A DNA stretch of 64,000 bases from Candidatus Hermodarchaeota archaeon (GCA_048885865.1 JBHLLF010000001.1:64001-128000), one strand, 5' to 3'; shown: positions 1-10,249, counted from the first letter of the stretch. Numbers and translations are program-made. The notes: generated by a model from the letters alone, not told the origin.

Positions 1-1080
1 CCGGAATCAACTCATACCTATTTCATTCTGAATGAGGGAGGATTCTCTAGCCTCTGGCGAGGCACATTTGCGGCTGATGGCGTTCGAGGGCTGGATAGGA
101 TTGAATTGCCAACAGGAGCAGTTATTGTGCGTGGTGACTCACGATCCTTTCAGGACTCCTTGAGTCTTTCACCGAATCATGAGCTTATGGCTATGACAAT
201 GAGCACTGCGACTTCGCCTACCAATATCTGGGTTCTTGATCTTGATGACCATTCATCGTGGAAGGCTACAGACGTGGGAACTGCAGGTCTCAACCCCTCT
301 TCATTTGTTAATGCCTCCCTTCATAACTTTCTTAGCTTTGATAGTTTGCCCATCCCCTATTTCCGATATATTCCAAAAGGCGACATGCCTGAGAAAGGGT
401 GGCCTGCCATTCTTATGATACATGGAGGTCCTGAGGCTCAGATTCTCCCCAGCTTTCAAGAGATAATTCAGTTCTTTCTATCCGCAGGGTTTGCAATATT
501 TGCACCCAATATTCGTGGAAGCGCGGGCTATGGACGAGCGTATATGGACATGGATAATGTGGAGAAGCGCCTGGATTCTATAATGGACATCAAGCATCTT
601 GCATTACATATCAAGGCGAATGAGAAGAGCATTGATGGGGACCGCCTAGTCATTTATGGTGGAAGCTATGGTGGTTTTGCTGTTTTGTCTGCAATGACAG
701 AACATCCAGATCTGTGGAAGGCTGGAGTTGATATCGTTGGGATTTCCAACTTCGTTACATTTCTGGAAAATACAGCACCGTGGCGTAGAGCGCTTAGAGA
801 GTCTGAATATGGCAGCCTAGAGAATGACCTTGAAGTCCTAAAGATGATTAGTCCTATTCACAAGATCGATAACATTGCAGCTCCACTCTTCATCATTCAA
901 GGTGACAATGATGAGCGAGTTCCTCTTTCTGAATCAGTTCAGATGTATGAGAAGATCAAGGAAAAGGGTCTTGAAGTTGAGCTAATGCGCTTTGCTGATG
1001 AAGGACATGGCCTGGCAAAACTTGAGAATAGAATCAAGGCTTTCTCGCGTGTAGTCGAATGGCTCAAAGATATCGTGTAG
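1..1080 (+). CDS. S9 family prolyl oligopeptidase/acylaminoacyl peptidase (5'-truncated by window edge)
   Basis: Frame is open from base 1; HGGP, nucleophile GGSYGG, Asp (NDERV) and His (DEGHG) motifs. Confidence 0.92.
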   Translation, partial: PESTHTYFILNEGGFSSLWRGTFAADGVRGLDRIELPTGAVIVRGDSRSFQDSLSLSPNHELMAMTMSTATSPTNIWVLDLDDHSSWKATDVGTAGLNPSSFVNASLHNFLSFDSLPIPYFRYIPKGDMPEKGWPAILMIHGGPEAQILPSFQEIIQFFLSAGFAIFAPNIRGSAGYGRAYMDMDNVEKRLDSIMDIKHLALHIKANEKSIDGDRLVIYGGSYGGFAVLSAMTEHPDLWKAGVDIVGISNFVTFLENTAPWRRALRESEYGSLENDLEVLKMISPIHKIDNIAAPLFIIQGDNDERVPLSESVQMYEKIKEKGLEVELMRFADEGHGLAKLENRIKAFSRVVEWLKDIV

Positions 1081-1174
1081 CAACACCAACTGTAATCAGA
1101 GTCGGAGAAAAAATAGGAATCGCTGTAATCGAAATCTTTACCTTCATAGTGCACGTTGCTGGATTGATGCCATC

Positions 1175-1276
1175 ATGGTAACCGTCAGAAGGCTGATACT
1201 AAAGGCCGCACTCCTAGTCATTGCGATTGTCCTTTTCATACTATTTCTATATTTCCAGATGTTTCCTATGTCGTAG
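1175..1276 (+). CDS. 33-aa single-pass membrane microprotein (MVTVRRLILKAALLVIAIVLFILFLYFQMFPMS)
   Basis: Translated by hand; basic N-terminus plus ~20 hydrophobic residues; fills the gap between two peptidase genes. Confidence 0.55.
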   Translation: MVTVRRLILKAALLVIAIVLFILFLYFQMFPMS

Positions 1277-1320
1277 AACTATTAAGCAAATCTCACTCCG
1301 CCGTTTATAGTTGATATACA

Positions 1321-3102
1321 ATGACTACCGAGGAGATGGTTTGGGACCTATCGCAGTTGGTCGAATTTGATGACCCCGCGTATATCTCTGAACGACTGAC
1401 TGCGATGGTGAGATGGGCGGAAGGATACCGCGACAAACATCGAGGCAAGATTGAGGACTATAACGCACAGCAGGTCTTTGACATGATTGCACAGTATGAT
1501 GAGGAATTCATCGAGTTCGATGGGCCCAATCAGTACGCGTGGCTTCGCTATCAAGCTGACGTGACAGATGAGGTGGCACAGAAGCTGTTTGAGAAAGTGA
1601 GGCAATCATTAATGCTTGTGAATCAAGCATTTGCTTTCTTTGAATTGGAGCTCGGGAAATTGCTTTCAAAAAAGCCAGAGATAATTGAGGCTCCTGAATT
1701 ATCTGAATACAGGCATCAGCTGGAGAAGATAAAGCGTAGGAACCCACACCTATTACCTGAAGAGCAGGAGCAGCTAATCATTGTGAAAGACGAAAACGGG
1801 ATAAGAGCGTGGGAGAAGCTCTTTGGTGACTGGCTAGCCACACGTACCTTCGAGATTGAGATTGATGGTGAAAAGAAGACTATGCCCTATGGCGAGATTA
1901 TTGGGCTTTACCAAAATCCCGATAGAGACCTGCGCAAGCAAGCGAATCAGGTGGTGTATGAAACTCTCAGCAAGGACGCGACCTTATGGTCTTCTGCATT
2001 TTTGTCAGTTTTCAAGGATCATCATCAAATGACCAAGCTTCGAAAATGGGACACCCCAATGACACAGAGCTTGATTGCCAACGACGTGGATGAAGAAACC
2101 ATTGAGGCATTATTGACAACTATGGAGAAGAATGTGGATGTTCTTCAGAGGTACCTGCGACTTAAAGCGAAAGTTATGGGTCTTGACAAGCTTGGCAATT
2201 GGGATATCACTGCTCCATTACCCAATTCTCCTGACAAGAAATACATGTGGTCAGAATCACGCAAGCTCATAGTGGACGCCTACAAGGACTTTGATGAAGA
2301 GAGCGGCAAATGGATGGATGAGATGTATGAACGCCGTCATATCGATGCTGCGGTAAGAAAGGGCAAGACTTCTGGAGCTTTTTGTGCAACATGGCATGCT
2401 GGAAAGAGCGCATACATCCTTCAGAGCTTCAATGGAATCATGAGTGATGTCTATACATCAGCTCATGAATTGGGCCATGCACTTCATGCCTACCTTGGAA
2501 CACGCGCTCAGAAATTGTCGAACTATGAGATAGGAAGCTGCGTAGCTGAAACCGGTTCCATATTTGGAGAGCTCTTACTGACAGAGAAGATGCTTGCTGA
2601 TGCAAAGACCAAGGAGGAGAGGCAGGCTATTCTGTCCATCATTCTTGATGAGTTCGGAGAATCCGGTTTCCAGGTGTCTGCAAGAGTGTTCTTCGAAACC
2701 AGCATCTATGATGCTCTTGAGGACGGGAAGTTCTTGGATGCAGAGAAAATCTCGGACCTTTGGGTTGCTGCCCGCGACAAGATCTATGGCCATGCCGTGG
2801 AGTGGCTACCAATCATGCGGTATTGGTGGACGATGAAGATGCACTTCTATATGCCCAACTATCGATATTACAATTACCCATATGTCTATGCTCAGCTCTT
2901 CGTCTATGCCATGTACAGGCTCTATAAGGAGCAAGGCAAAGACTTCGTGCCCAAACTTAAGGCACTGCTATCTGCCGGGTCAAGCAGGTCTCCTCGAAAC
3001 CTAGCAGCTGAAATCGGCTTTGACATAACCAAGGAGGAGTTCTGGCAAAAGGGCATTGACCAATACTCAGAATTCATCAAGATGTTTGAGGACACTCTAT
3101 GA
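1321..3102 (+). CDS. pepF: Oligoendopeptidase F, M3B family
   Basis: N-terminal WDLS, GKTSGAFC, HELGH, AETGS, YYNYPY motifs. Confidence 0.93.
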   Translation: MTTEEMVWDLSQLVEFDDPAYISERLTAMVRWAEGYRDKHRGKIEDYNAQQVFDMIAQYDEEFIEFDGPNQYAWLRYQADVTDEVAQKLFEKVRQSLMLVNQAFAFFELELGKLLSKKPEIIEAPELSEYRHQLEKIKRRNPHLLPEEQEQLIIVKDENGIRAWEKLFGDWLATRTFEIEIDGEKKTMPYGEIIGLYQNPDRDLRKQANQVVYETLSKDATLWSSAFLSVFKDHHQMTKLRKWDTPMTQSLIANDVDEETIEALLTTMEKNVDVLQRYLRLKAKVMGLDKLGNWDITAPLPNSPDKKYMWSESRKLIVDAYKDFDEESGKWMDEMYERRHIDAAVRKGKTSGAFCATWHAGKSAYILQSFNGIMSDVYTSAHELGHALHAYLGTRAQKLSNYEIGSCVAETGSIFGELLLTEKMLADAKTKEERQAILSIILDEFGESGFQVSARVFFETSIYDALEDGKFLDAEKISDLWVAARDKIYGHAVEWLPIMRYWWTMKMHFYMPNYRYYNYPYVYAQLFVYAMYRLYKEQGKDFVPKLKALLSAGSSRSPRNLAAEIGFDITKEEFWQKGIDQYSEFIKMFEDTL

Positions 3103-3158
3103 GATGTGGAGAGAGGGATATTCCCTTCTCTCTATCAAGAAATCAATGGTGCGATAGT

Positions 3159-3896
3159 TTGATTGTGGAACACATAGACGTCGGTCATGGTTTGACAAAT
3201 TCCTATCTTGTCATTTGTGAATCGACTTTGGAAGCAATGATAGTTGACCCCTATTTCTTGGAAAAAGAAGGGAAAACGGTACTTGAGAGCATTCATTCAC
3301 GTTCATTAAAGCTTCGCTATATTTTCAATACTCATGGCCATCCGGATCACATGAGCGGAAATGGCTGGTTAAAGAGAGCAACTGGTGCAGAGATTTTGAT
3401 TCATGAGAATGAAGCTGACGATATTCTTACTCCTTGGAGGGTCTGGCGTGTTATATCAGGTGTTCCGCGTGAATGCCCCTTGTGCAAGAGAATGACTGAG
3501 CGAATCTTGGACATTAATGAGGATGAGCGCAAAGCATCATTGAATTGCCAGTTCTGCGGTCCCATTATAACAGCAGAAGCATCTCCTCCAGCTGACATCC
3601 TGCTAATCGATGGTGACACAATCAATGTTGGAAATACAACCTTCAAAGTGATCCACACTCCCGGACACACTAATGGCGGAGTTTCACTCTATTCGGAAAC
3701 TGAGAGTCTTGTCTTCACAGGAGACACATTGCTTGCGGGGGCTATTGGGGGCACTTCCTCTCCTTCATCATCTGATGAAGAGTTCAGACTATCCCTGAAG
3801 AGATTAATGGAATTGCCAGACACTACTATAGTAAAGCCAGGACATGGATCGCCAACTACTATCGGAAAAGAACGGAAAGATAATCCTCACATATAG
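3159..3896 (+). CDS. MBL-fold metallo-hydrolase (glyoxalase II-like) with inserted C4 zinc ribbon
   Basis: THGHPDH, HTPGHT, FTGD, PGHG motifs; TTG start at 3159 chosen; CPLC-x20-CQFC insert. Confidence 0.88.
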   Translation: MIVEHIDVGHGLTNSYLVICESTLEAMIVDPYFLEKEGKTVLESIHSRSLKLRYIFNTHGHPDHMSGNGWLKRATGAEILIHENEADDILTPWRVWRVISGVPRECPLCKRMTERILDINEDERKASLNCQFCGPIITAEASPPADILLIDGDTINVGNTTFKVIHTPGHTNGGVSLYSETESLVFTGDTLLAGAIGGTSSPSSSDEEFRLSLKRLMELPDTTIVKPGHGSPTTIGKERKDNPHI

Positions 3897-4087
3897 ACTC
3901 TGAATTATGCTGCAGAATTTCTTTGAGCGTATTTTCGCTAAATGTAGTAATCTGGTGGCTTGTCGTCCAGACTCCGAAGAAGCGCCGCTGCGAGCGCAGG
4001 CAACATCTCTCGGTTTCCTGATCATCCCCACTCCTCCTTTCTTAGGAATACAGCAAATGGATGATGGCGCATATTAAGCTTAACCAT

Positions 4088-5116
4088 TTATTCCATCAGG
4101 ATTCTCTGGGTATTCCTTGGAACGGGCAGGTCCTTCATCGTGTGTAGCCCTGGGGCTGCTTTGACTACAATGGGAATCATATTTACAGCCATTGCTGCTG
4201 TGCCGTAGTCGCCCATTACTCCACCTTCAATCCTAGAGGTGAGATTGGGAAAGCCCTCGATTTTGACTTCGTCATATTCATGAGCCGCACCTGCATAGGC
4301 GATGAAATCCAATGTGATAATGGTCTGATTTTTCTTGGTTCCAACTCCCCTACTCCTGAGCCCAAGTACCTTCCCGGCCTCAACTTTTGCAAATGAGGTT
4401 TCTATCTCCTCCTCTGCAATGACTGCTTCCGGTGGTAACTCCTCAAAGTGATCGAGATTCAAACCTAAGGCGTCATCAATCAGCCGCATAGACTCCACCA
4501 ATCCAACATGGCCCGTGATTCTACCGCTCTCAATTGCCTCAGTGAACTCATTGACAGACATCGATGTTCCAACCTTCTTTTGGAATGAAGCCCTTCTTCT
4601 GGCAGAATCGATGACTCTAGTAACGTGAATTCTGACAACTGACTGGCAAGGTGCTGTCAAGACTATCGGCAGTAGGTCCATTAGATATCCAGGGTTGATT
4701 CCTGTTCCCAAAACTGACTTCCCTACTTCTCGTGCCGCTTTGTCAATCTCTTTTGATAGTGATGGATATCTAGCATAAGGATACGAGAGTTCCTCGCAGA
4801 TAGAAATCACATGCATTCCCGCTTCTAGACAGCGGATGATTGTTGGCTTCACCTTTTCTAACGACGAGGAAGTTAGAACCAAGGCGATATCAATAGGTTC
4901 TTGTATTTCCTCAAAAGCTGCATCAATTGTCGGGTAGACTTTGGCAGTCGTGCCTGTCGGTTGAGTGAGAAGATCTGCAACTGGCTTTCTGCTCAATTCA
5001 GGGTCGACATCAACCACCGCAACAAGTTTCAGATTCCCGCGAGCAATGACAGTTTCAGCAATTGGTCTTCCTATAGTGCCAAATCCAACTTGAAGCACGC
5101 TGAATGGTTTTGTCAT
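4088..5116 (-). CDS. NAD(P)H-dependent amine dehydrogenase / 2,4-diaminopentanoate dehydrogenase family (DapB-like N-terminus)
   Basis: GFGTIG Rossmann motif, CEEL, GTGINPG, GHVG. Confidence 0.8.
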   Translation of the reverse strand: MTKPFSVLQVGFGTIGRPIAETVIARGNLKLVAVVDVDPELSRKPVADLLTQPTGTTAKVYPTIDAAFEEIQEPIDIALVLTSSSLEKVKPTIIRCLEAGMHVISICEELSYPYARYPSLSKEIDKAAREVGKSVLGTGINPGYLMDLLPIVLTAPCQSVVRIHVTRVIDSARRRASFQKKVGTSMSVNEFTEAIESGRITGHVGLVESMRLIDDALGLNLDHFEELPPEAVIAEEEIETSFAKVEAGKVLGLRSRGVGTKKNQTIITLDFIAYAGAAHEYDEVKIEGFPNLTSRIEGGVMGDYGTAAMAVNMIPIVVKAAPGLHTMKDLPVPRNTQRILME

Positions 5117-5193
5117 GACGCCGTTTCAAAATCAACTGCAGTATAACCTTTTGGGGAGATAATTTGATGTCGATGGAAAGAGCCTTTTGAGGG

Positions 5194-6405
5194 ATGCACT
5201 TGGCTAAGTTCATGTTTCAGGTTCGAGAAGCAACCGAGGATGATAGGGAAGGTGCCCTTCGTGTCCTCTGGAAAGCGTTTGAGGGATTTCGCGATTTTGA
5301 TGAAATGAAGAAGGATGACTGGACCCAATACTGGAATCGGCCTGAGGATGAGGATTGGGCTTATGTGGCAGTGGAGGATGGTCAGGTTCGTGCATGTCTT
5401 TCTTTCTTTGCGAGTAAAAACGATGTCATCAGGGGCGCTCCTGTACGATTTGGAGGAGTATGGGGTGTAGGAACCGAGCCGCACTATCGAAAGCAAGGAA
5501 TGATTGCAGCATTAGTCCGCGAGTCATTCAACCGGATGGCGAATGAGGGGATTGTGCTTTCAATTCTCGATCCCTTCTTCCCGCCATTTTACGAGAAATT
5601 TGGGTATGCACAGGCTGAGTCTCGAGTTGTACACAAATTCAAACACGATAATCTTCGAGAGGTGAAGGGTTCCGAGCAGATAACAACACGAGTCCTTGAA
5701 GATACAGCTGAAGCTCCAAAAGCACTGAAGCTTCAAGAGTCGATGGCGAGATTTGGATCGCGAGTCTTCTTCCTTCAGAAGTCACTGGAGAATCTGATTA
5801 AGAAGAATCATTATCACATATTGGAGCGGGATGGGAATCCTGTCGGGGCGATTAAGTTTTGGTTCAAGAAAGTAAGCGATTGGGAATTCAATCTCGATAT
5901 ATCAGCTACATCCTTCATCTCTATGGATGTTCTACCCTCAATTGTAGAGCTTGTTTCTAAGTATTCAGTTAATGCAAAAGAGGTCAACTGGTACTGCGAT
6001 CCTGAGATTCCCATTACATACTTCATGAAAGACCCCGAGGACGCACCTGTAGCCTCTTCTGGAAGAATGATGATGCGAGTCATTGATTTTGAGGGCTATT
6101 GTTCAAGCATTAAGGTTCCATCGCACGCCACAGAATCGATTGTGGTCGAGCTAGTAGACCGAGATTGTGATTGGAATACTGGGGTCTATCTTCTAAGCCC
6201 CAATAATGGAAAGCTCGATGTCGAGAGAGTTGATTCAACCCCAGATGTTTTCCTCAATGATATTCAACTCTCACGAGTCATCTCTGGGCGTACTCGGGCA
6301 ACAGTATTGAGAGGTCTGGGTGGAATTGAATGTTCAAAGGAATCTGCAATGAAGCTAGATTTGATTTTCCCTGAGGAATCATTCGTATCGTACCAGAGGT
6401 TCTAG
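5194..6405 (+). CDS. Eis-like GNAT acetyltransferase with C-terminal SCP2-like domain
   Basis: VGTEPHYRKQG, FYEKFGY, MMRVID and D-x-x-x-x-WN-x-G motifs; start may be ATG 5212. Confidence 0.85.
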   Translation: MHLAKFMFQVREATEDDREGALRVLWKAFEGFRDFDEMKKDDWTQYWNRPEDEDWAYVAVEDGQVRACLSFFASKNDVIRGAPVRFGGVWGVGTEPHYRKQGMIAALVRESFNRMANEGIVLSILDPFFPPFYEKFGYAQAESRVVHKFKHDNLREVKGSEQITTRVLEDTAEAPKALKLQESMARFGSRVFFLQKSLENLIKKNHYHILERDGNPVGAIKFWFKKVSDWEFNLDISATSFISMDVLPSIVELVSKYSVNAKEVNWYCDPEIPITYFMKDPEDAPVASSGRMMMRVIDFEGYCSSIKVPSHATESIVVELVDRDCDWNTGVYLLSPNNGKLDVERVDSTPDVFLNDIQLSRVISGRTRATVLRGLGGIECSKESAMKLDLIFPEESFVSYQRF

Positions 6406-6411
6406 GATGTG

Positions 6412-6636
6412 CTATTCCCTAAATGATATACACCCATTAGGACACTCCTCAATGCAATCTCCACACTCTTTGCAGTACATGACATGGGCTACCTGTGGCT
6501 TCTCATCAAGTTTCTCGTAGACACCATATCGGCAAACTTTGACGCAGGTCCCACAACCATCACAGCATTTTTCGTCAATAACCGTAGGAATTGCATTCCA
6601 CCTGCAGAGTTTTGCTGAATCATTCTGCGAGTCCAT
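6412..6636 (-). CDS. 2x[4Fe-4S] ferredoxin
   Basis: CDGCGTCVKVC and CKECGDCIEECP. Confidence 0.88.
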   Translation of the reverse strand: MDSQNDSAKLCRWNAIPTVIDEKCCDGCGTCVKVCRYGVYEKLDEKPQVAHVMYCKECGDCIEECPNGCISFRE

Positions 6637-6765
6637 ATGAATGCTGGTTTAGTGACATATTGCCACGAACTTGTAGAATATCTTGGACTAGGTAGAACTA
6701 TTAGCCACATAAGCAAGTGACTCTAGGCCCTTGGCCCTAGCTATATCGGATGGAGAAGTGTCCCT

Positions 6766-8517
6766 ATGGCAGTCGAGAAAGAGGAAGCTACGTGGCAGAG
6801 CAAGATAATGGAGATTGTCAATGATGGCATAGTGGTCCTGATTGAAGAGGATGTTATGCTATCAAATGCTGCCTTCGCCGCTATGCTAAATTATGAAGCG
6901 GAGGAGTTAGTTGATGCATCTTTTGAAGCCCTCTTGCATCCATCCTCGAAACGTTTTGATCGCAATATGATAGATGCTTTGTATTCGGGCGATGAACTCA
7001 CTGCGTTCAACACAAGACTGCGGTCAAAGGAGGGGGACACAGTTCATGTTGAGATTCATCCAGTCAATGTTGTATACGAAGGCGAGGCTGCCGTCCTGGC
7101 CTGCATCCGAGACGTATCAAGAAGGATTGCACTTGAAACAGAAGTTATTGAACTTGAGCAGAGATTTGCATCATTGTATGATATGTCCCCTATTGCATAT
7201 TTCATGCTGAATCGCCAAGGCATTATTGAACAGATTAACCAAGCTGCTGAAGAGTTGCTTGGATGTGATGGTAGCGACATCCTAGGAAGAGCGCTTTCCG
7301 ATTTCCTGCCAGAAACTGAGTCAGATTATGACCCTGGACAAGAGCTGATTCGAGAAGTCCTAAGGGGCAAGAATGTAAGTGGCATTGAGATACAGATGGA
7401 GCGTCCTGATGAACGAGTTATTTGGGCTAACGTGTCATCGAGGTCTCTTACAGTGGGCGCAGAAAAGCCTGTAGAGATTGGACTCATGGCTTTCGATGTA
7501 ACACAGAGAAGAGCATCAGAATTGAGAATACTTGAGGAGAAGCAAAGAGCTGACCTCTATTTAGGAATCATGGCGAGCGATCTTAACAACATAAACACGA
7601 GTGCGCTTTATTCCCTGGAGTTTCTTAGTACGACCCTTGACCTCAGCGAGCATCATCAACAGGTCCTGAATGAAGTAGTATGGAATATTCGACGGGCGTC
7701 ACGAATGATTGCTAACATGAGAGCTATTGTTATGCTGAAGGAGTCTCCTCCCACAATAACAAAGACTGACCTATTCCCTCACTTCACCAGAGGTCTACGC
7801 GAAGCGGACAGGGACTTCGAGTCAAAGACACTGAAGGTCAACACCAATATCGAGGACGACGGTTTTTGGGTATCTGGACACGCTTGGCTTTGGAGCGTGT
7901 TCTTCGTCATTCTCCATAATGCCCTAATGTACAACGAGGGCAAAGAAGTCGAGCTTGAAGTCAATGCTGAACTCATCGAGATGGGTCAAAAAGTCCGGAT
8001 TGAATTTGCAGATAGAGGCCCGGGAATTTCTGATGATCTAAAGGAGAGTGTCTTTCGAAGAACTGGCAGCACTGAGGGCCATGCTCTCAGTAGCGGTCTT
8101 GGATTGACTGTCGTTAACCAGATGGTGACAGACTTGAAGGGCCAGGTATGGGTGGAGGACAGAGTGCCCGGCGATATGTCGCAAGGCAGCAAGTTCATCG
8201 TCATTCTTCCTGCCTGGAAGGAGGAATTGGTACTACCCTGCGGACGCGAATCATGCATCAGCTTCTACAAGAGTGATCATTGCGTCTTCTGTGGTCCCGC
8301 TTATGACAACATGATGAGAGTGCTTGATGAGCTTGGTGTCAACCGCTCAATGGTTCAAGTCTTGAATGTTGATGATCCAGAGTCAGGAGTGACGGAAGCA
8401 GATCTCATTGCTCTACCTACGATTCGTATATGCGAATCGGAACGAGAGGGATACGTGGAAGAGGATGATATCAGGACGCTCGTCTTGGAGATGATAATGA
8501 GGGGCTGCTTCTCCTGA
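6766..8517 (+). CDS. PAS-PAS sensor kinase-like protein (HATPase_c) with C-terminal thioredoxin-like domain; H-box His apparently absent
   Basis: Two PAS/PAC units (RDVS, FDVT); N, G1 (DRGPGI), F and G2 (SGLGL) boxes; C-terminal CVFC...ALPTI. Confidence 0.85.
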   Translation: MAVEKEEATWQSKIMEIVNDGIVVLIEEDVMLSNAAFAAMLNYEAEELVDASFEALLHPSSKRFDRNMIDALYSGDELTAFNTRLRSKEGDTVHVEIHPVNVVYEGEAAVLACIRDVSRRIALETEVIELEQRFASLYDMSPIAYFMLNRQGIIEQINQAAEELLGCDGSDILGRALSDFLPETESDYDPGQELIREVLRGKNVSGIEIQMERPDERVIWANVSSRSLTVGAEKPVEIGLMAFDVTQRRASELRILEEKQRADLYLGIMASDLNNINTSALYSLEFLSTTLDLSEHHQQVLNEVVWNIRRASRMIANMRAIVMLKESPPTITKTDLFPHFTRGLREADRDFESKTLKVNTNIEDDGFWVSGHAWLWSVFFVILHNALMYNEGKEVELEVNAELIEMGQKVRIEFADRGPGISDDLKESVFRRTGSTEGHALSSGLGLTVVNQMVTDLKGQVWVEDRVPGDMSQGSKFIVILPAWKEELVLPCGRESCISFYKSDHCVFCGPAYDNMMRVLDELGVNRSMVQVLNVDDPESGVTEADLIALPTIRICESEREGYVEEDDIRTLVLEMIMRGCFS

Positions 8518-8526
8518 GTTGTCAGA

Positions 8527-9789
8527 CTAGTCTGATATCAAAATCTCTGGTGTGGCATCCTTTATTGTCTTGCAGCCAGTCATGATCATCGCTCTCCTCA
8601 AGTCTCCCTTTACGTAGTTGTAGTACATATTGACTGCATCAGCTCCGCCGGCCAGAGACATCCTCAATAGTGGTCTACCAACGTGTGCTGTATCAGCGCC
8701 TAAGGCAATAACCTTCAGAACATCAAACCCTGTCCTTATTGCACCGTCAACCATGATTGTGAGCTTTCCCTTAAGTTCAGCAGCGACAGCTGGCAGAATC
8801 TCAAGAACACCTTGTCCATTATCAAGCACACGTCCACCATGATTCGATAGGTAAACACCAGCAGCTCCGGAGTCCGCCACTGCGAGTGCATCTTCAAGGG
8901 TCATTATTCCCTTGAAGAACACAGGTTTGCCGGTATAATCAACAAGCTCTTTCAGCTCATTGGGGCTCTTGCTATAGACGGGCTTACCTTTAGCAGCCCA
9001 TATTGCGGACCCACAACCATCAAGGTCCACCCCTATTGCAATTGCATCATACTCCTCCGCGAGGCTGAATAGCTCAAGGAGTCTTGATTGAGACTGAGGC
9101 TTGAATACAGCTATTCCCCAACCGTCATTCTCCTTAACCACGTCAATTCCTAAGTGATCTGGCACTGCAGCTGTGTTTCCAACAAGCCCTATGGTGCCAA
9201 ACTGTTGTGCGCCACGCAAGAGACCACGATAGAAGTCTGCTTCTGGTATCGCGTCGTTCATACTTGCCTTAACACCAGACATGCTGCATCCCAGAACAGG
9301 AGCGGTAATTTCCTTTCCAAAGACCTTACTCTTCATCTCGGGTTCATAGTGTTCCTTCACGACCCTCTGTTTCAACTTGTATTTATGGAGGGCCAGGTAA
9401 TTTGCGTGAAACGTGTTTCCTTGTCCTGCGCCGCCAACCCCCAATGGCTTGCCATACTTCTGTCCTGCACATACTCTATCTCTTGCTCCATCGCAGACTG
9501 GATGAACTCCACATAATCCAGTGAGCATCTCTCTAGCAATCGCACGATAGTAGGCAAGATCCTTCTTATCTGACTCTGGACCATCTTTTCTCTTGTGTCG
9601 TTGCTTCTTCTCTAGGAACACTTCTTCAGCTATTTCCTGCAGGTATTCTTTCGGCTGCTTGCATATTGGGCATCGCCAATCATCATGAATGTCAGCTAGA
9701 GTGGTTCCTGGTGCCAGACCTGATTCCGGATCCCCAGCCTGTTCGTCGTAGACATAGGCATTGCAGTAAGTGCATATGAAATACAACAT
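8527..9789 (-). CDS. Rubredoxin-fused FMN-dependent alpha-hydroxy-acid dehydrogenase
   Basis: CTYC...WRCPIC rubredoxin; SNHGGR, DGAIRTG, GRP motifs; ATG 9789 follows GGAGG. Confidence 0.88.
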   Translation of the reverse strand: MLYFICTYCNAYVYDEQAGDPESGLAPGTTLADIHDDWRCPICKQPKEYLQEIAEEVFLEKKQRHKRKDGPESDKKDLAYYRAIAREMLTGLCGVHPVCDGARDRVCAGQKYGKPLGVGGAGQGNTFHANYLALHKYKLKQRVVKEHYEPEMKSKVFGKEITAPVLGCSMSGVKASMNDAIPEADFYRGLLRGAQQFGTIGLVGNTAAVPDHLGIDVVKENDGWGIAVFKPQSQSRLLELFSLAEEYDAIAIGVDLDGCGSAIWAAKGKPVYSKSPNELKELVDYTGKPVFFKGIMTLEDALAVADSGAAGVYLSNHGGRVLDNGQGVLEILPAVAAELKGKLTIMVDGAIRTGFDVLKVIALGADTAHVGRPLLRMSLAGGADAVNMYYNYVKGDLRRAMIMTGCKTIKDATPEILISD

Positions 9790-9880
9790 TCTACCTCCAC
9801 ATGGTCCAATAGGTTGGAAAAGTGAGATTATGCCTGTGTTACTAAGTGTTCCTAATGAGGTTGAAATCACTGGCTATGGT

Positions 9881-10195
9881 TCATGTCCAACTTCCAAACT
9901 CAAATGGGATTCCCTTTAATTTCATCAGTTCCATAAACTCAGAGACAATCCTGGAATTTCCGCTATACAGTTTCTCAATCAAGGCAAGAAGCACTCTGTC
10001 CTTTTGGTCTTCAGGGACGACCACCCAATACTCATAGTCAGAGTCGCCAAAATGCTCCATTGGCAGTTCTCCGATGTCCTGACCGGATATGACGAATCTG
10101 CCCTCTCCATCGATTTCAGCATCTATGAATACAGATGTGTTGCCTCGATATTCGACAAGTTTGACTTTCAGGGATTCATCTTTCAATTGAAGCAC
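9881..10195 (-). CDS. Hypothetical protein
   Basis: 104-aa ORF with protein-like composition, co-oriented with neighbours. Confidence 0.7.
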   Translation of the reverse strand: MLQLKDESLKVKLVEYRGNTSVFIDAEIDGEGRFVISGQDIGELPMEHFGDSDYEYWVVVPEDQKDRVLLALIEKLYSGNSRIVSEFMELMKLKGIPFEFGSWT

Positions 10196-10221
10196 CTATC
10201 CTATGCATTCCCTTGAATAGG

Positions 10222-10245
10222 ATGAGAGGGGCGGACCCCTCTCAT
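10222..10245. terminator. Perfect 10-bp hairpin after the MFS gene
   Basis: ATGAGAGGGG-CGGA-CCCCTCTCAT. Confidence 0.5.
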
Positions 10246-10249
10246 AAAT

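Noticed and set aside
3804-4077. Short ORFs on both strands after the MBL gene, one with a strong AGGAGG
   Set aside because: The minus ORF overlaps the MBL gene and neither product resembles a known family
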